Source: Candidatus Collierbacteria bacterium GW2011_GWC2_44_18
Lineage (GTDB): Bacteria > Patescibacteriota > Microgenomatia > UBA1400 > MFAQ01
Assembly: GCA_001000865.1 (NCBI GenBank)
Contig: LCIE01000005.1
Coordinates: forward strand, 1-52,915
DNA: 52,915 nucleotides
Reading direction: 5' to 3'
Of this stretch, positions 40,096 to 48,368 are shown one piece after another. A program made the position numbers and the translations under genes. The notes beneath the pieces are model-generated. The model ran no database searches, had not been told where the DNA came from, and saw only the letters and a program-made list of their open reading frames with translations. Each line of letters opens with the position of its first letter. Position 1 is the first letter of the stretch.

Positions 40096-40644
40096 CTATT
40101 TACATGCCTGCCAGAGACCCACTTGAGCTTCTCTTGCCTGTCTTCCGCTGGTGATAAATTGATCTTTGAACTTCACGTCTGGCGGAAAAGTGGAGATCTT
40201 GGCATAGCCTTCTTTTACCAAGGTATCGTTAATCATTTCGTCTCCCAGATATACGTATCTCAAAAGCCGACCGTATTTATCGGTTTCGGAGACATCTTTG
40301 ACCAAGACAACTTCTTTACCGTTCAGCAGTGACTCCACCTTCTGCTTGGCTTCCGTAGCAAAACAGTCGATAGTTCTGTTTTTGTTCTTCATTTCCGGTG
40401 TGTCTATTCCGATGAGTCGCACCTTGATTCCGCCTTCGATCTCAATAGTGTCTCCATCAATAACCCTGGTTACTTTTTCGGTGGAATTGACAGTGTGGGA
40501 AGTTTCTATTGTGAGGTTGCTATTGCTTGGTGCGGTAACGGTGGAGGTGTGATTTAGAAAAAAGAAAAGTAAATAGATATAGGTACCAAGAAAGGAAGCT
40601 GAAAGAAATATTTTGGATAATTTTGCCGGTTTGGCTGTCACCAC
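40096..40644 (-). CDS. Membrane-anchored thermonuclease (SNase family)
   Basis: VIDGDT, VRLIGIDTPE, DKYGRLLRYV, LVKEGYA, GLW. Confidence 0.95.
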   Translation of the reverse strand: MVTAKPAKLSKIFLSASFLGTYIYLLFFFLNHTSTVTAPSNSNLTIETSHTVNSTEKVTRVIDGDTIEIEGGIKVRLIGIDTPEMKNKNRTIDCFATEAKQKVESLLNGKEVVLVKDVSETDKYGRLLRYVYLGDEMINDTLVKEGYAKISTFPPDVKFKDQFITSGRQAREAQVGLWQACK

Positions 40645-40662
40645 TTAATTATGTCACATAAT

Positions 40663-40704
40663 TTATATTCCCCAGGAATAAACACCGATTCCCCAGTGGT
40701 TATT
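40663..40704 (-). pseudogene. Orphan 3' end of a homolog of the 41910 GT-C gene (NNHWGIGVYSWGI*)
   Basis: 35/42 nt and 11/13 aa identical to 41910-41951. Confidence 0.85.
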
Positions 40705-40724
40705 CCGGACAAGATCCGGAACCA
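40699..40724 (+). repeat. Degenerate dRS3-like repeat GTTATTCCGGACAAGATCCGGAACCA
   Basis: TTCCGGA-N5-TCCGGAA dyad with GT.ATT...GGAA.C termini like 12826-12852. Confidence 0.6.
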
Positions 40725-40777
40725 TCCGGTGTTGTCTACTCTCTCACTTTCCAGGGGCCTCTTTTGATTTCCGAGGA

Positions 40778-40966
40778 TTAAAGATTAATTTTAATTTTGT
40801 CTGTCACGTAGTGGTGTATCAAGGTCGAAAGAAGTGTCTGGTAAGGTATGCCGGAACCAGAAGCACGACGAATTTCCTCCTCCATATTTGGAACTTCTTC
40901 GAACTCTCCAGCCTCGAACTGGTCTAGTATAAGCTTTTCTTCTTTTGTAAGTTTAAGTTCTTTCAT
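40778..40966 (-). pseudogene. CopG/BrnA-like antitoxin, apparently internally deleted
   Basis: EE..ILDQFEAGEF..VPN N-part and GIPYQTLLSTLIH C-part, without the intervening INIRL-type strand. Confidence 0.65.
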
Positions 40967-41007
40967 TTTTTGTTTTCTTTATTAATTAAATAATCGCGCG
41001 TGGCTTT
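40963..41007 (-). pseudogene. 3' remnant of a BrnT-like toxin (KATRDYLINKENKK*)
   Basis: Stop overlaps the antitoxin ATG (ATGA). KAT..YL resembles C-termini of this toxin group. Confidence 0.5.
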
Positions 41008-41052
41008 GATCAACCAATTAGGCCGAATTGGGGGATTAGAGTTCGTTTGGAC

Positions 41053-41418
41053 CTATTTTCTTGGACTGTGAGAGATTTTAAAAATTGATTTATTTGGTAA
41101 CCGCCTGGAAAGCATTGCGACGATCTTCTTATCAATCTCCTCCTCTCGCATTGTCTCTGTGATACAGATCAATTGGACTTTATTGATGTTACACAAATCA
41201 ATCATGTGTTTGTCATTCTTGGAAATTAGTATCCTTTTTTGCTTCTTCGCGAGCAAGACAACATCCTCGTCTTTTAACCCAGACCCCTTGACGTCATGAA
41301 CTATATGCTTAAGATTATGAAGTTTGTTAAGAATCGGAAATTTGTCCCTCTTGGGAAGCATCTCGTCTAAGAGGAGTTTGAATCTATCTTGATGCGGAGA
41401 CACGGTATCCTCCGTCAA
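41053..41418 (-). CDS. DUF5615 / PIN-like toxin
   Basis: KLLLDEML...GLKDEDVVLLAKKQKRILISKND. Confidence 0.8.
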   Translation of the reverse strand: MTEDTVSPHQDRFKLLLDEMLPKRDKFPILNKLHNLKHIVHDVKGSGLKDEDVVLLAKKQKRILISKNDKHMIDLCNINKVQLICITETMREEEIDKKIVAMLSRRLPNKSIFKISHSPRK

Positions 41419-41617
41419 TTAATTTTTTAAAAGCGAGGATCTTTTCCATCGTCAATGAGGGATATTCGTAGTTTATGATCTTGTCTGAATAACCCACCCT
41501 TAAAAGTCTAGCTAGAAGAGTGACTGGAATCCTCGTGCCTGTTATTACCGGTGTGCCTCCAAGTATTTCAGGATCTTTGACGATCAGATCTGACGATGAT
41601 GTTTTTTTGATTGGCAT
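41384..41617 (-). CDS. DUF433 antitoxin
   Basis: IVKDPEILGGTPVITGTRIPV...GYS...EYPSLT. Confidence 0.9.
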   Translation of the reverse strand: MPIKKTSSSDLIVKDPEILGGTPVITGTRIPVTLLARLLRVGYSDKIINYEYPSLTMEKILAFKKLIDGGYRVSASR

Positions 41618-41657
41618 AGTAATATATTAACACTAAATCCTCAGATCATCTCATCTT

Positions 41658-41700
41658 GTAATTCCCGACCCCCCGCCCGCCAAAGGCCGGAGTTGGATTC
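41658..41700 (+). repeat. Degenerate dRS3-like repeat with a nested micro-palindrome
   Basis: GTAATTCCCGAC-[CCCCCGCCCGCCAAAGGCCGG]-AGTTGGATTC. Confidence 0.5.
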
Positions 41701-41779
41701 TCTTGCCTGTCTTCCGCTGGTGATAAATTGATCTTTGAACTTCACATCCGACGGAAAGGTGGAGATCTTTGCGAAGCCT
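41698..41779 (-). pseudogene. Remnant of a second thermonuclease gene (GFAKISTFPSDVKFKDQFITSGRQARE)
   Basis: 75/82 nt identical to 40129-40210, including 48 bp identical. Confidence 0.92.
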
Positions 41780-41858
41780 GGAGAACATTACCCTTTACCG
41801 ACAAAAGTGGGACAAGATCAAACCAGCTATCAAATATCAACTGGCGTTAGAGATGAGG

Positions 41859-41880
41859 CCCCTCCTACTGGCGGGCAGGC
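41859..41880 (-). repeat. Micro-palindromic element GCCTGCCCGCCAGTAGGAGGGG
   Basis: Near-identical to 65-87. Confidence 0.6.
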
Positions 41881-41909
41881 TTAAAGGCTGGATTTATTTA
41901 GTCTTCTCA

Positions 41910-43350
41910 TCAAATCCCCCAGGAATAAACGCTGATTCCCCAATGGTCATTTTCGTTGTATGGTAAATCCTGAACGGTAAACTCAAACTTCAGATTTTTG
42001 CGAACATATTCTTTGATATCTTCATTCATTAGACTTTCCCAGTCTTCAACTATCACAATTCCTGATTCATAAAGTTTTTTCTCTGCTTCAAACTCTTTGA
42101 TAGTTCCCAGTATTTTTTCGCCAAAAACTGGATCTATTTTGCCTGCACCGTCTTTGAAGAGAAAAATATACTTCTGTCCGGGGAGATACCAGGGCACGCG
42201 GTCGTTCCAGGCATCCATTACAATCACATCTTTTTTATCCTTAATTAAATTTTGGATTTTGGCGAAAGCAAACTTGTAATCCACTATCGGATTTTCACGC
42301 ATGTCTGCGTTTATGGAATAGTAGTATTTAGGCCAAAAAACAAATTTACCGGTAAGACTTAAAAGTGCGACGGTCAAGATTACAAGTAACCATCTTAAAC
42401 ATTCTCTCTTGGTGACCTTGTCTATGACAGAGACCACCCCTTCGGCAAATAGAAGATACATGAGAGGAAAGGCGGGAAGCGAGTACCGGACATATCTGGG
42501 GTTAATTTTGAAAATAGCGATAGCAAAAATAAAGACGACCGATCCGCCAAGAAGAACTGCCAACTCTTTGTTTCTTCTGTAAAGAGTAAAAAAGCCGATA
42601 GAGGCTCCAAAAATTAGCCAAAGATAGTTGTGGGTCAGGAAAATACGATAGTGGAGAGGGGAAAAATAGATTTTGAAGATGACGTGATGGACAAACCCCC
42701 ACCCTCCCCCCATAGAACGATACACAACCCACACGCCGGTAATAATAAGGAGTGGAAGAACAGATATATAGACATACTTTTTATATTTTATTATTTTGTA
42801 CATAAAAATTAGGCCAACTATAGCAAGATTTAAAATCCCTGTGCCATGGAAAAGACAGGACAATAAGGAAACGGTGACAGAATAAATAAAATATTTATCT
42901 AATAATTTCCAGGGGGATTTTATATATTGATATAAAAAGTAAGAAATTAGCAGAGTGAAAAGTTCGAGCCAGATATAGGGCCTTAGTTGAGTGGACCAGG
43001 CCAGCTGGATTTGAGAGAAAGTTAGTAAGAAAGCAACTATTGTTGCAGTTCTCAGACTGAAAAGCTTCTTGGCTATGAAATAGCCAGTAATGACAAGCCC
43101 AGCTCCTGCAAGGACAGACGGAAGTCTGCCAGTAAACTCGGAGATCCCGAAAATCTTAAACGAAAGCGCGGTGATGTAATAAAGAATTATCTGATAGATC
43201 CCCGTACTGTAACCAGCGGGTGTTATTGGCCTTCCGTACTCCAAAACCCCACGTGCCATTATTGCAACATGACTCTCATCATTCCAAAAAGAGTGGTTGG
43301 AACTAATCCCCTTCAACAATTTCAAAATAATTTTTCTTTATCCGGTTCAC
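41910..43350 (-). CDS. GT-C (ArnT/PMT-like) membrane glycosyltransferase; 5' end possibly frameshifted (main ORF 41910-43325)
   Basis: HSFWNDE, GRLPSV, QLRPY, RYSLP. The likely native GTG 43350 (TAGAAT 6 nt upstream) is out of frame with the body. Confidence 0.75.
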
Positions 43351-43364
43351 AAGTATATTCTAAT

Positions 43365-45041
43365 CTACTTGTAGTTATAGATAAATGGAACTAGGTTTGA
43401 AACACCTCTGTCCAGAGGAAGTAACTGGAGCATTCCGGACTTGGTAATTTCCGGACTAGTTCTAAATATGACCCTTTCATCTGTCCAGTCTACAACATAG
43501 ACACCCTGCTCTATTCCATCGATTGTTATCTTGCCCACGAAAGGTTTGTTTCTGAAATTTCTACCAGTGACAACAACATCCGTCCATGCCTCGCTTGTAG
43601 ACGTGGGGGAGATGCCTAAAATACGAGGTGTCTCTAGCATCTCAGCAGTCCTGCCAAGTGTACGAGGAATGAACAATGTTATCGCTAACGAAAAGGTCAA
43701 TAGTGAAAGAAAAACTCGGTTGGAATGTTTATAGACGTAAAATGATACGAGAAGAACCAGCCCTGTTATAAAAATTGCTGGGGTCAAAACTTTGGTTATA
43801 TAGGGTGTCAAAAATTCCTGATTATAGTAATTTTGATAGGCAATTTTTAGATCCGTGAATTTCTGAGTTGTCTTTGTTAATACGGAGACAAGAACCAAAG
43901 TGGCACCGATGTCTAGTACATGATAATCTCTGTGTTTTGTCAGATGTTTGTAGAGTCTGACTGTAGCCATTGAATTAATTTCTGAAGGGCTAAAGTAGGT
44001 TTTTGTAGCGTTTGTTGGATTCGATAAAACGATACGGACTGAAACTAAAACATTTTTTAAGAAGGAGGCTAACTTGGTACAAAAGTCTGAAATAGTAACT
44101 TTTGGCTTGAAAAGTCCCCATGATTCTAGAGTTAATAATATTGAAAATACGACAAGATAAGAGAGGGTCCAGATGGCTGCATTTTCTGAGGCAACTTTTA
44201 GATTTAACAAAATCAATATAATTCCAAGGACTAGACTCCAAATTGACACTAGGGTGGTAATGTTTGGTTTAAGTCGATGTTTGTATGACACAAGACACCA
44301 GAAGAACATTATTGATAAGATCGAGAAGTAATGAAATTCTGAAGGACTAAATATCTGCCATATTGACACGGCCAAAATCAATAAGAATGAAGGGATGAGA
44401 AAGCCTCCGACTTCGAGAAACAAAGCGTAGGCAACCATCGGTAACATAAAGCTCAAGGCATTTGATCTAAATAAACTATCTTCAATTAAGTTATTAGTTT
44501 TATCGAGGGTGAATATAAAAAGATTTTTAGCCGATGACAGCACTTCTTTTTTGGTAAACACATGATGGTCAACCATGGCCGGAAAAACAGGATGAATAAA
44601 GACACCACTACCAGTAGCACCACTTAATGACTCTATTTCGAATGCATAACTTTTATCTTTGGATTCATTTATAACCGGGAAACCAAAGGGGAACAACTTA
44701 TTTTGCTGGAACTGATCAGTCTTGTAGTCAGCAGAATAGTACCAATCTTTTTGTCCAATTTCTTTAATTCTAAATCTTAGAATGTCTGAATTTGACCTGT
44801 AAAAGGTGTAAAAACGGACTGCCACAATTCCTAAATTGGGAAAACTAGATCGAAATTCTCCTGTCGCAATATCACCTTTTACCATTTCTCCTGATCTGGA
44901 AAACTTGAAGACAGTAGAATCGTGTCGGCCTTCAAGGTTTTTAAAACTGTATTCCTGAGTCGTGAGAAAATTTATAGTTGCAAGAAACCATAACGCGAAC
45001 AGACCAATGAAGGTCAAAAATGTTTTTCTCCTTCTAATCAT
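43365..45041 (-). CDS. Multi-TM hypothetical protein with a C-terminal IPT/TIG-like domain
   Basis: PRILGISP....VVVTGRNF...WTDERV..P..KSG; several TM segments. Confidence 0.7.
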   Translation of the reverse strand: MIRRRKTFLTFIGLFALWFLATINFLTTQEYSFKNLEGRHDSTVFKFSRSGEMVKGDIATGEFRSSFPNLGIVAVRFYTFYRSNSDILRFRIKEIGQKDWYYSADYKTDQFQQNKLFPFGFPVINESKDKSYAFEIESLSGATGSGVFIHPVFPAMVDHHVFTKKEVLSSAKNLFIFTLDKTNNLIEDSLFRSNALSFMLPMVAYALFLEVGGFLIPSFLLILAVSIWQIFSPSEFHYFSILSIMFFWCLVSYKHRLKPNITTLVSIWSLVLGIILILLNLKVASENAAIWTLSYLVVFSILLTLESWGLFKPKVTISDFCTKLASFLKNVLVSVRIVLSNPTNATKTYFSPSEINSMATVRLYKHLTKHRDYHVLDIGATLVLVSVLTKTTQKFTDLKIAYQNYYNQEFLTPYITKVLTPAIFITGLVLLVSFYVYKHSNRVFLSLLTFSLAITLFIPRTLGRTAEMLETPRILGISPTSTSEAWTDVVVTGRNFRNKPFVGKITIDGIEQGVYVVDWTDERVIFRTSPEITKSGMLQLLPLDRGVSNLVPFIYNYK

Positions 45042-47679
45042 TTGAGGTTAGTCTCTTTTTAATCAAAAGAAAAAGTGTACCAATAGTCAATCCCAAAGTA
45101 AGGATTGCTGAAAAAAAGAAAGGCCAATTTTGTTTTTTCTGAAGTAAGAAATGAATGTAAATATCCAGGTCCTGTCCGGGAGAACAATATTTGGATGGGT
45201 CAATAATCCATGAGTTGGCATAACCGTTGGCAGCAAGGTGGTTTACCTCATCAACTGACTTGGTAGATTTGTCGACGTGCACTTGGGGTTTGGCTAAATT
45301 GTCATTTTGAATGGTTCCTCTGATAAGGCGTGAAATGTAAGCCACCGAATAGTCTGAAGTAGAGAACACCTCCTCCTTTTGGTTTTTGATGCCATAGTGC
45401 AAATACTTTTTTGTTTTTCCGTCCCCCAGGGTGCTTACCAGCCCTCTTTCGAATAAACTTGTCAGTTCTGATACTTTTGCCTGGTCGTCACTGCCGCTAA
45501 AGGTTCGGTATCCCTCCAGACTTGCCGCGTGCTGAATACTTTTATTATCGTTTGTCTTATCGACACACGTGACGTATGCCTTCCAGCCGGAATCAAAGGT
45601 CTCAGAAAAAACAAGAGAGAGTGGTTTTGATTCTGGATTGTGGACTATTGCTCGATATTCGGTGGGGTTAAATTTTCGGTATTCAAGCACAGAGTTTTTT
45701 GATACACAGTTATTTCTACAGAGGCTATTAAGATCCTTTCCTTCGTTTTGAGAAGAAAAGATCACTAAGGGATTTGTCTCTTTGTTCATCAAACCAACCA
45801 AGGCTGACAAGGAGGCCGGTTCTCCTTCCGAGATAAATATGTCTGAAGATAAATAAAGGTGTGGAAAATAATCTTCGTCATTAATTTTGTAAACCTTCAG
45901 AGCAGGTTCCCCCACAAGCTGACCAAGCCTCGTATCTGGAGCATCAGTCTTTTCCTCTGAAAGTATTTTGAAAATATCATCTTTGGTAAATTGTCCAAAA
46001 CTTTGAACGAGCATGAGTCCAGAGTCTGTCAAGAACTTATTACTTGTCTTTGGGTCGAATGTGAAGCGCGTACCGTATCGCCAATCAAAATCGTTCATCT
46101 GAAGTACGTATTTGGAGTTCATGAGACCAATGGTCCTGGAAAGGTTCTTTGTACTAGAACTTGTAATAGCTGATTTGACTACTTGTCCCGACATCGTGTT
46201 ATCAATATCCCAACCTTTTAATATCCTGTTTCTGAGAAGATAATCGGCCATGTTCCCTACAGTCCCCACACCGTCTGGCCATAGATGAATACCGCCGTAC
46301 GGCATGTATGGAAGCAAGGTCAATCTTCTATCAGAATAATCTTTTTCCAGAAATTGCTTGGCGTCTGACCAGTATTCCGGAATTTTAATTAAGTTACCTC
46401 CTCGACCACCAATCCATTTTTTGACCGGTATTGCTTGTCCCACGAAAAACGGGTAAGCGTTGATTAGTATAGTCCCGGTAACTAAGATGAAAATGATATA
46501 TCTCCAAAGCGGTTTCGCTTTTGAGAATATTATTTGGAGAACAAATGTCAAAAAAATACAGAGAGCAATGATATACATAGGGGTGAATTTGGCGAATGGT
46601 TCCCTAAATATTCGAAAGAAAAAGGTCTCGTTGTAAAGGTGATTAAAGATAAAACCGAGAGGTCCTTTCCCGCCTGCCAAAAGTAATAAGGACACCGGAA
46701 TGATTATAGCCGTAAACGTTAATAGACGTCGCCGAGATTGATCTACAACTCTATCCAAGAACACTAGTCCTGAGAGTGCCAATAAAGGTATTTCTAGTGT
46801 CAAGACTAGAAACAAAGGACTATCAAAGACAGTATATGACGGATAGTACTCGGCGCCTGCGTGTCCATTTCTCCACGCCCATGATCCAATAAAACGGAAA
46901 TGATCAAGAAAGTAGCCACTGGCGGTAATAATAAAATTGTTTGATCCTGCAAAAAGACTTTCGGACTGAGCAACGAGGCCAATATAGAGCGGAACTAGCC
47001 AAAATAAGTTTATGGAAATTATGATGAAAGCTAGTGAAATGTTTTTTGCTACAAAGTTAATTATTTTCTCACTTCTGAACTTGAGATAAATCCCTAGGTA
47101 GTAGACGAACATAAAAAATAGAAGTAAGTACGGAATCATAAAGACCGGAAGATTTCCTCCCATGGAAGAGGTAGCAATTGAAAGCAATCCAAGCAGAAAG
47201 ATATGAATCCACCTCCGACTTTCACAGATTTTCCAATATAATAGTATAAATATCGGCAAAGATACGAATAGCAAGTTCTGCCTCTCATTTAGAGGACCAA
47301 GTAGCCTGAAGGTATTAAAGGAATATAGCAGAGCGCCAGGAATATACAAAAAGACGTTTTTTTTGCCAAATAGAGAAATACAGAGAATATAGAACGCAAC
47401 ACTGCTCAGAAAGAACGATAAGAAAATAAAAATGACAGAAGGATGAATCGTTGGGATTCTTTCTAGTAATCTCCAAAATATTCCAAATAGAACAAAATTA
47501 TTCTGATTTCCCGAAGCTTGTCCAAAATTAAATTTATCTTCCCAAGAGTAGAAAAAGTTTAAATAGTTTGGATTGACATATAAGTAAGATTCTCCGCCGG
47601 CAACGATTCCTCCGATAAAGCCTCGAATAAGCAAAAATGCTACAAATAGAAATATCAAAAAGGCTGAAGTGTGTTTCAC
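45034..47679 (-). CDS. Large GT-C-like membrane protein (AftD/YfhO-like)
   Basis: Many N-terminal TMs, FREPFAKF, IPEYW, NPTEY, FSETFDSGW, NGYANSW, C-terminal TM. Confidence 0.7.
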   Translation of the reverse strand: MKHTSAFLIFLFVAFLLIRGFIGGIVAGGESYLYVNPNYLNFFYSWEDKFNFGQASGNQNNFVLFGIFWRLLERIPTIHPSVIFIFLSFFLSSVAFYILCISLFGKKNVFLYIPGALLYSFNTFRLLGPLNERQNLLFVSLPIFILLYWKICESRRWIHIFLLGLLSIATSSMGGNLPVFMIPYLLLFFMFVYYLGIYLKFRSEKIINFVAKNISLAFIIISINLFWLVPLYIGLVAQSESLFAGSNNFIITASGYFLDHFRFIGSWAWRNGHAGAEYYPSYTVFDSPLFLVLTLEIPLLALSGLVFLDRVVDQSRRRLLTFTAIIIPVSLLLLAGGKGPLGFIFNHLYNETFFFRIFREPFAKFTPMYIIALCIFLTFVLQIIFSKAKPLWRYIIFILVTGTILINAYPFFVGQAIPVKKWIGGRGGNLIKIPEYWSDAKQFLEKDYSDRRLTLLPYMPYGGIHLWPDGVGTVGNMADYLLRNRILKGWDIDNTMSGQVVKSAITSSSTKNLSRTIGLMNSKYVLQMNDFDWRYGTRFTFDPKTSNKFLTDSGLMLVQSFGQFTKDDIFKILSEEKTDAPDTRLGQLVGEPALKVYKINDEDYFPHLYLSSDIFISEGEPASLSALVGLMNKETNPLVIFSSQNEGKDLNSLCRNNCVSKNSVLEYRKFNPTEYRAIVHNPESKPLSLVFSETFDSGWKAYVTCVDKTNDNKSIQHAASLEGYRTFSGSDDQAKVSELTSLFERGLVSTLGDGKTKKYLHYGIKNQKEEVFSTSDYSVAYISRLIRGTIQNDNLAKPQVHVDKSTKSVDEVNHLAANGYANSWIIDPSKYCSPGQDLDIYIHFLLQKKQNWPFFFSAILTLGLTIGTLFLLIKKRLTSND

Positions 47680-47681
47680 TG

Positions 47682-48362
47682 CTATCTTTTTTTAGCTTTT
47701 AAGATTAACCTCCACCCTAGAGTTGGAAACAACCTCCCAAGATATGCACTAACTACTGGTCCCATGGCTAAATAGTCCGAAGTAATTTCTTGAACCAAAA
47801 AGCCGTTTGCCTCGATTAAAGATTTAAGTGACTCTGCTGTGAAATACCGAAGATGTCCTACCGGAGTAGATCCCCATATTTTTTGTTTTAAAGATGTTTC
47901 AATAAATGGGTTTTTCCCTAATAAAAGCAACAATCTTCTACCCAGAGAGGCAAGATTCGGAGTAGTAACTACAAGAATGCCTTTAGGCTTAAGTACTGAT
48001 CTTAATTTAAGGAGAAAATCGTCGGTATCTATAATATGTTCAATTATTTCGCCGGCAATAACGCAATCAAATTTGTTTTTTGGGAATGGGATTTTCTCGG
48101 TAGAGATATCGCAAACTTTTGCAATAATTCCGCCTGCGACAGCACGTTTAACTGCCTGCACTGAAATATCAATTCCAAATATTTTTTTACCCTGACCCAA
48201 TAGATATTTATTCTCAGACCCATCGTTGCAACCAACATCTAGTATTACCTTGGACGTATTTATCCAGTCACCTATTATTTTTGATCGCCGAGCGGTTATT
48301 CCACCATTTTGCTTTGATACCTCTCTAATATTTTTATTGTAGAATTTTTTAATTACTTCCAT
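47682..48362 (-). CDS. Class I SAM-dependent methyltransferase
   Basis: LDVGCNDG, GIDIS, GEIIEHI, TTPNL, HLRYF. Confidence 0.92.
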   Translation of the reverse strand: MEVIKKFYNKNIREVSKQNGGITARRSKIIGDWINTSKVILDVGCNDGSENKYLLGQGKKIFGIDISVQAVKRAVAGGIIAKVCDISTEKIPFPKNKFDCVIAGEIIEHIIDTDDFLLKLRSVLKPKGILVVTTPNLASLGRRLLLLLGKNPFIETSLKQKIWGSTPVGHLRYFTAESLKSLIEANGFLVQEITSDYLAMGPVVSAYLGRLFPTLGWRLILKAKKR

Positions 48363-48368
48363 GTATGA

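Noticed and set aside
40129-41779. 82-bp repeat pair as a DGR template/variable repeat
   Set aside because: Mismatches are not adenine-specific on either strand, are mostly synonymous, and no reverse transcriptase is present.
37865-41910. Integron cassette array or prophage
   Set aside because: No integrase, no convincing attC R/L boxes and no phage structural genes.
41769-41966. 65-aa plus-strand ORF
   Set aside because: Runs antisense across the nuclease remnant, a repeat and the GT-C end; no recognisable family.
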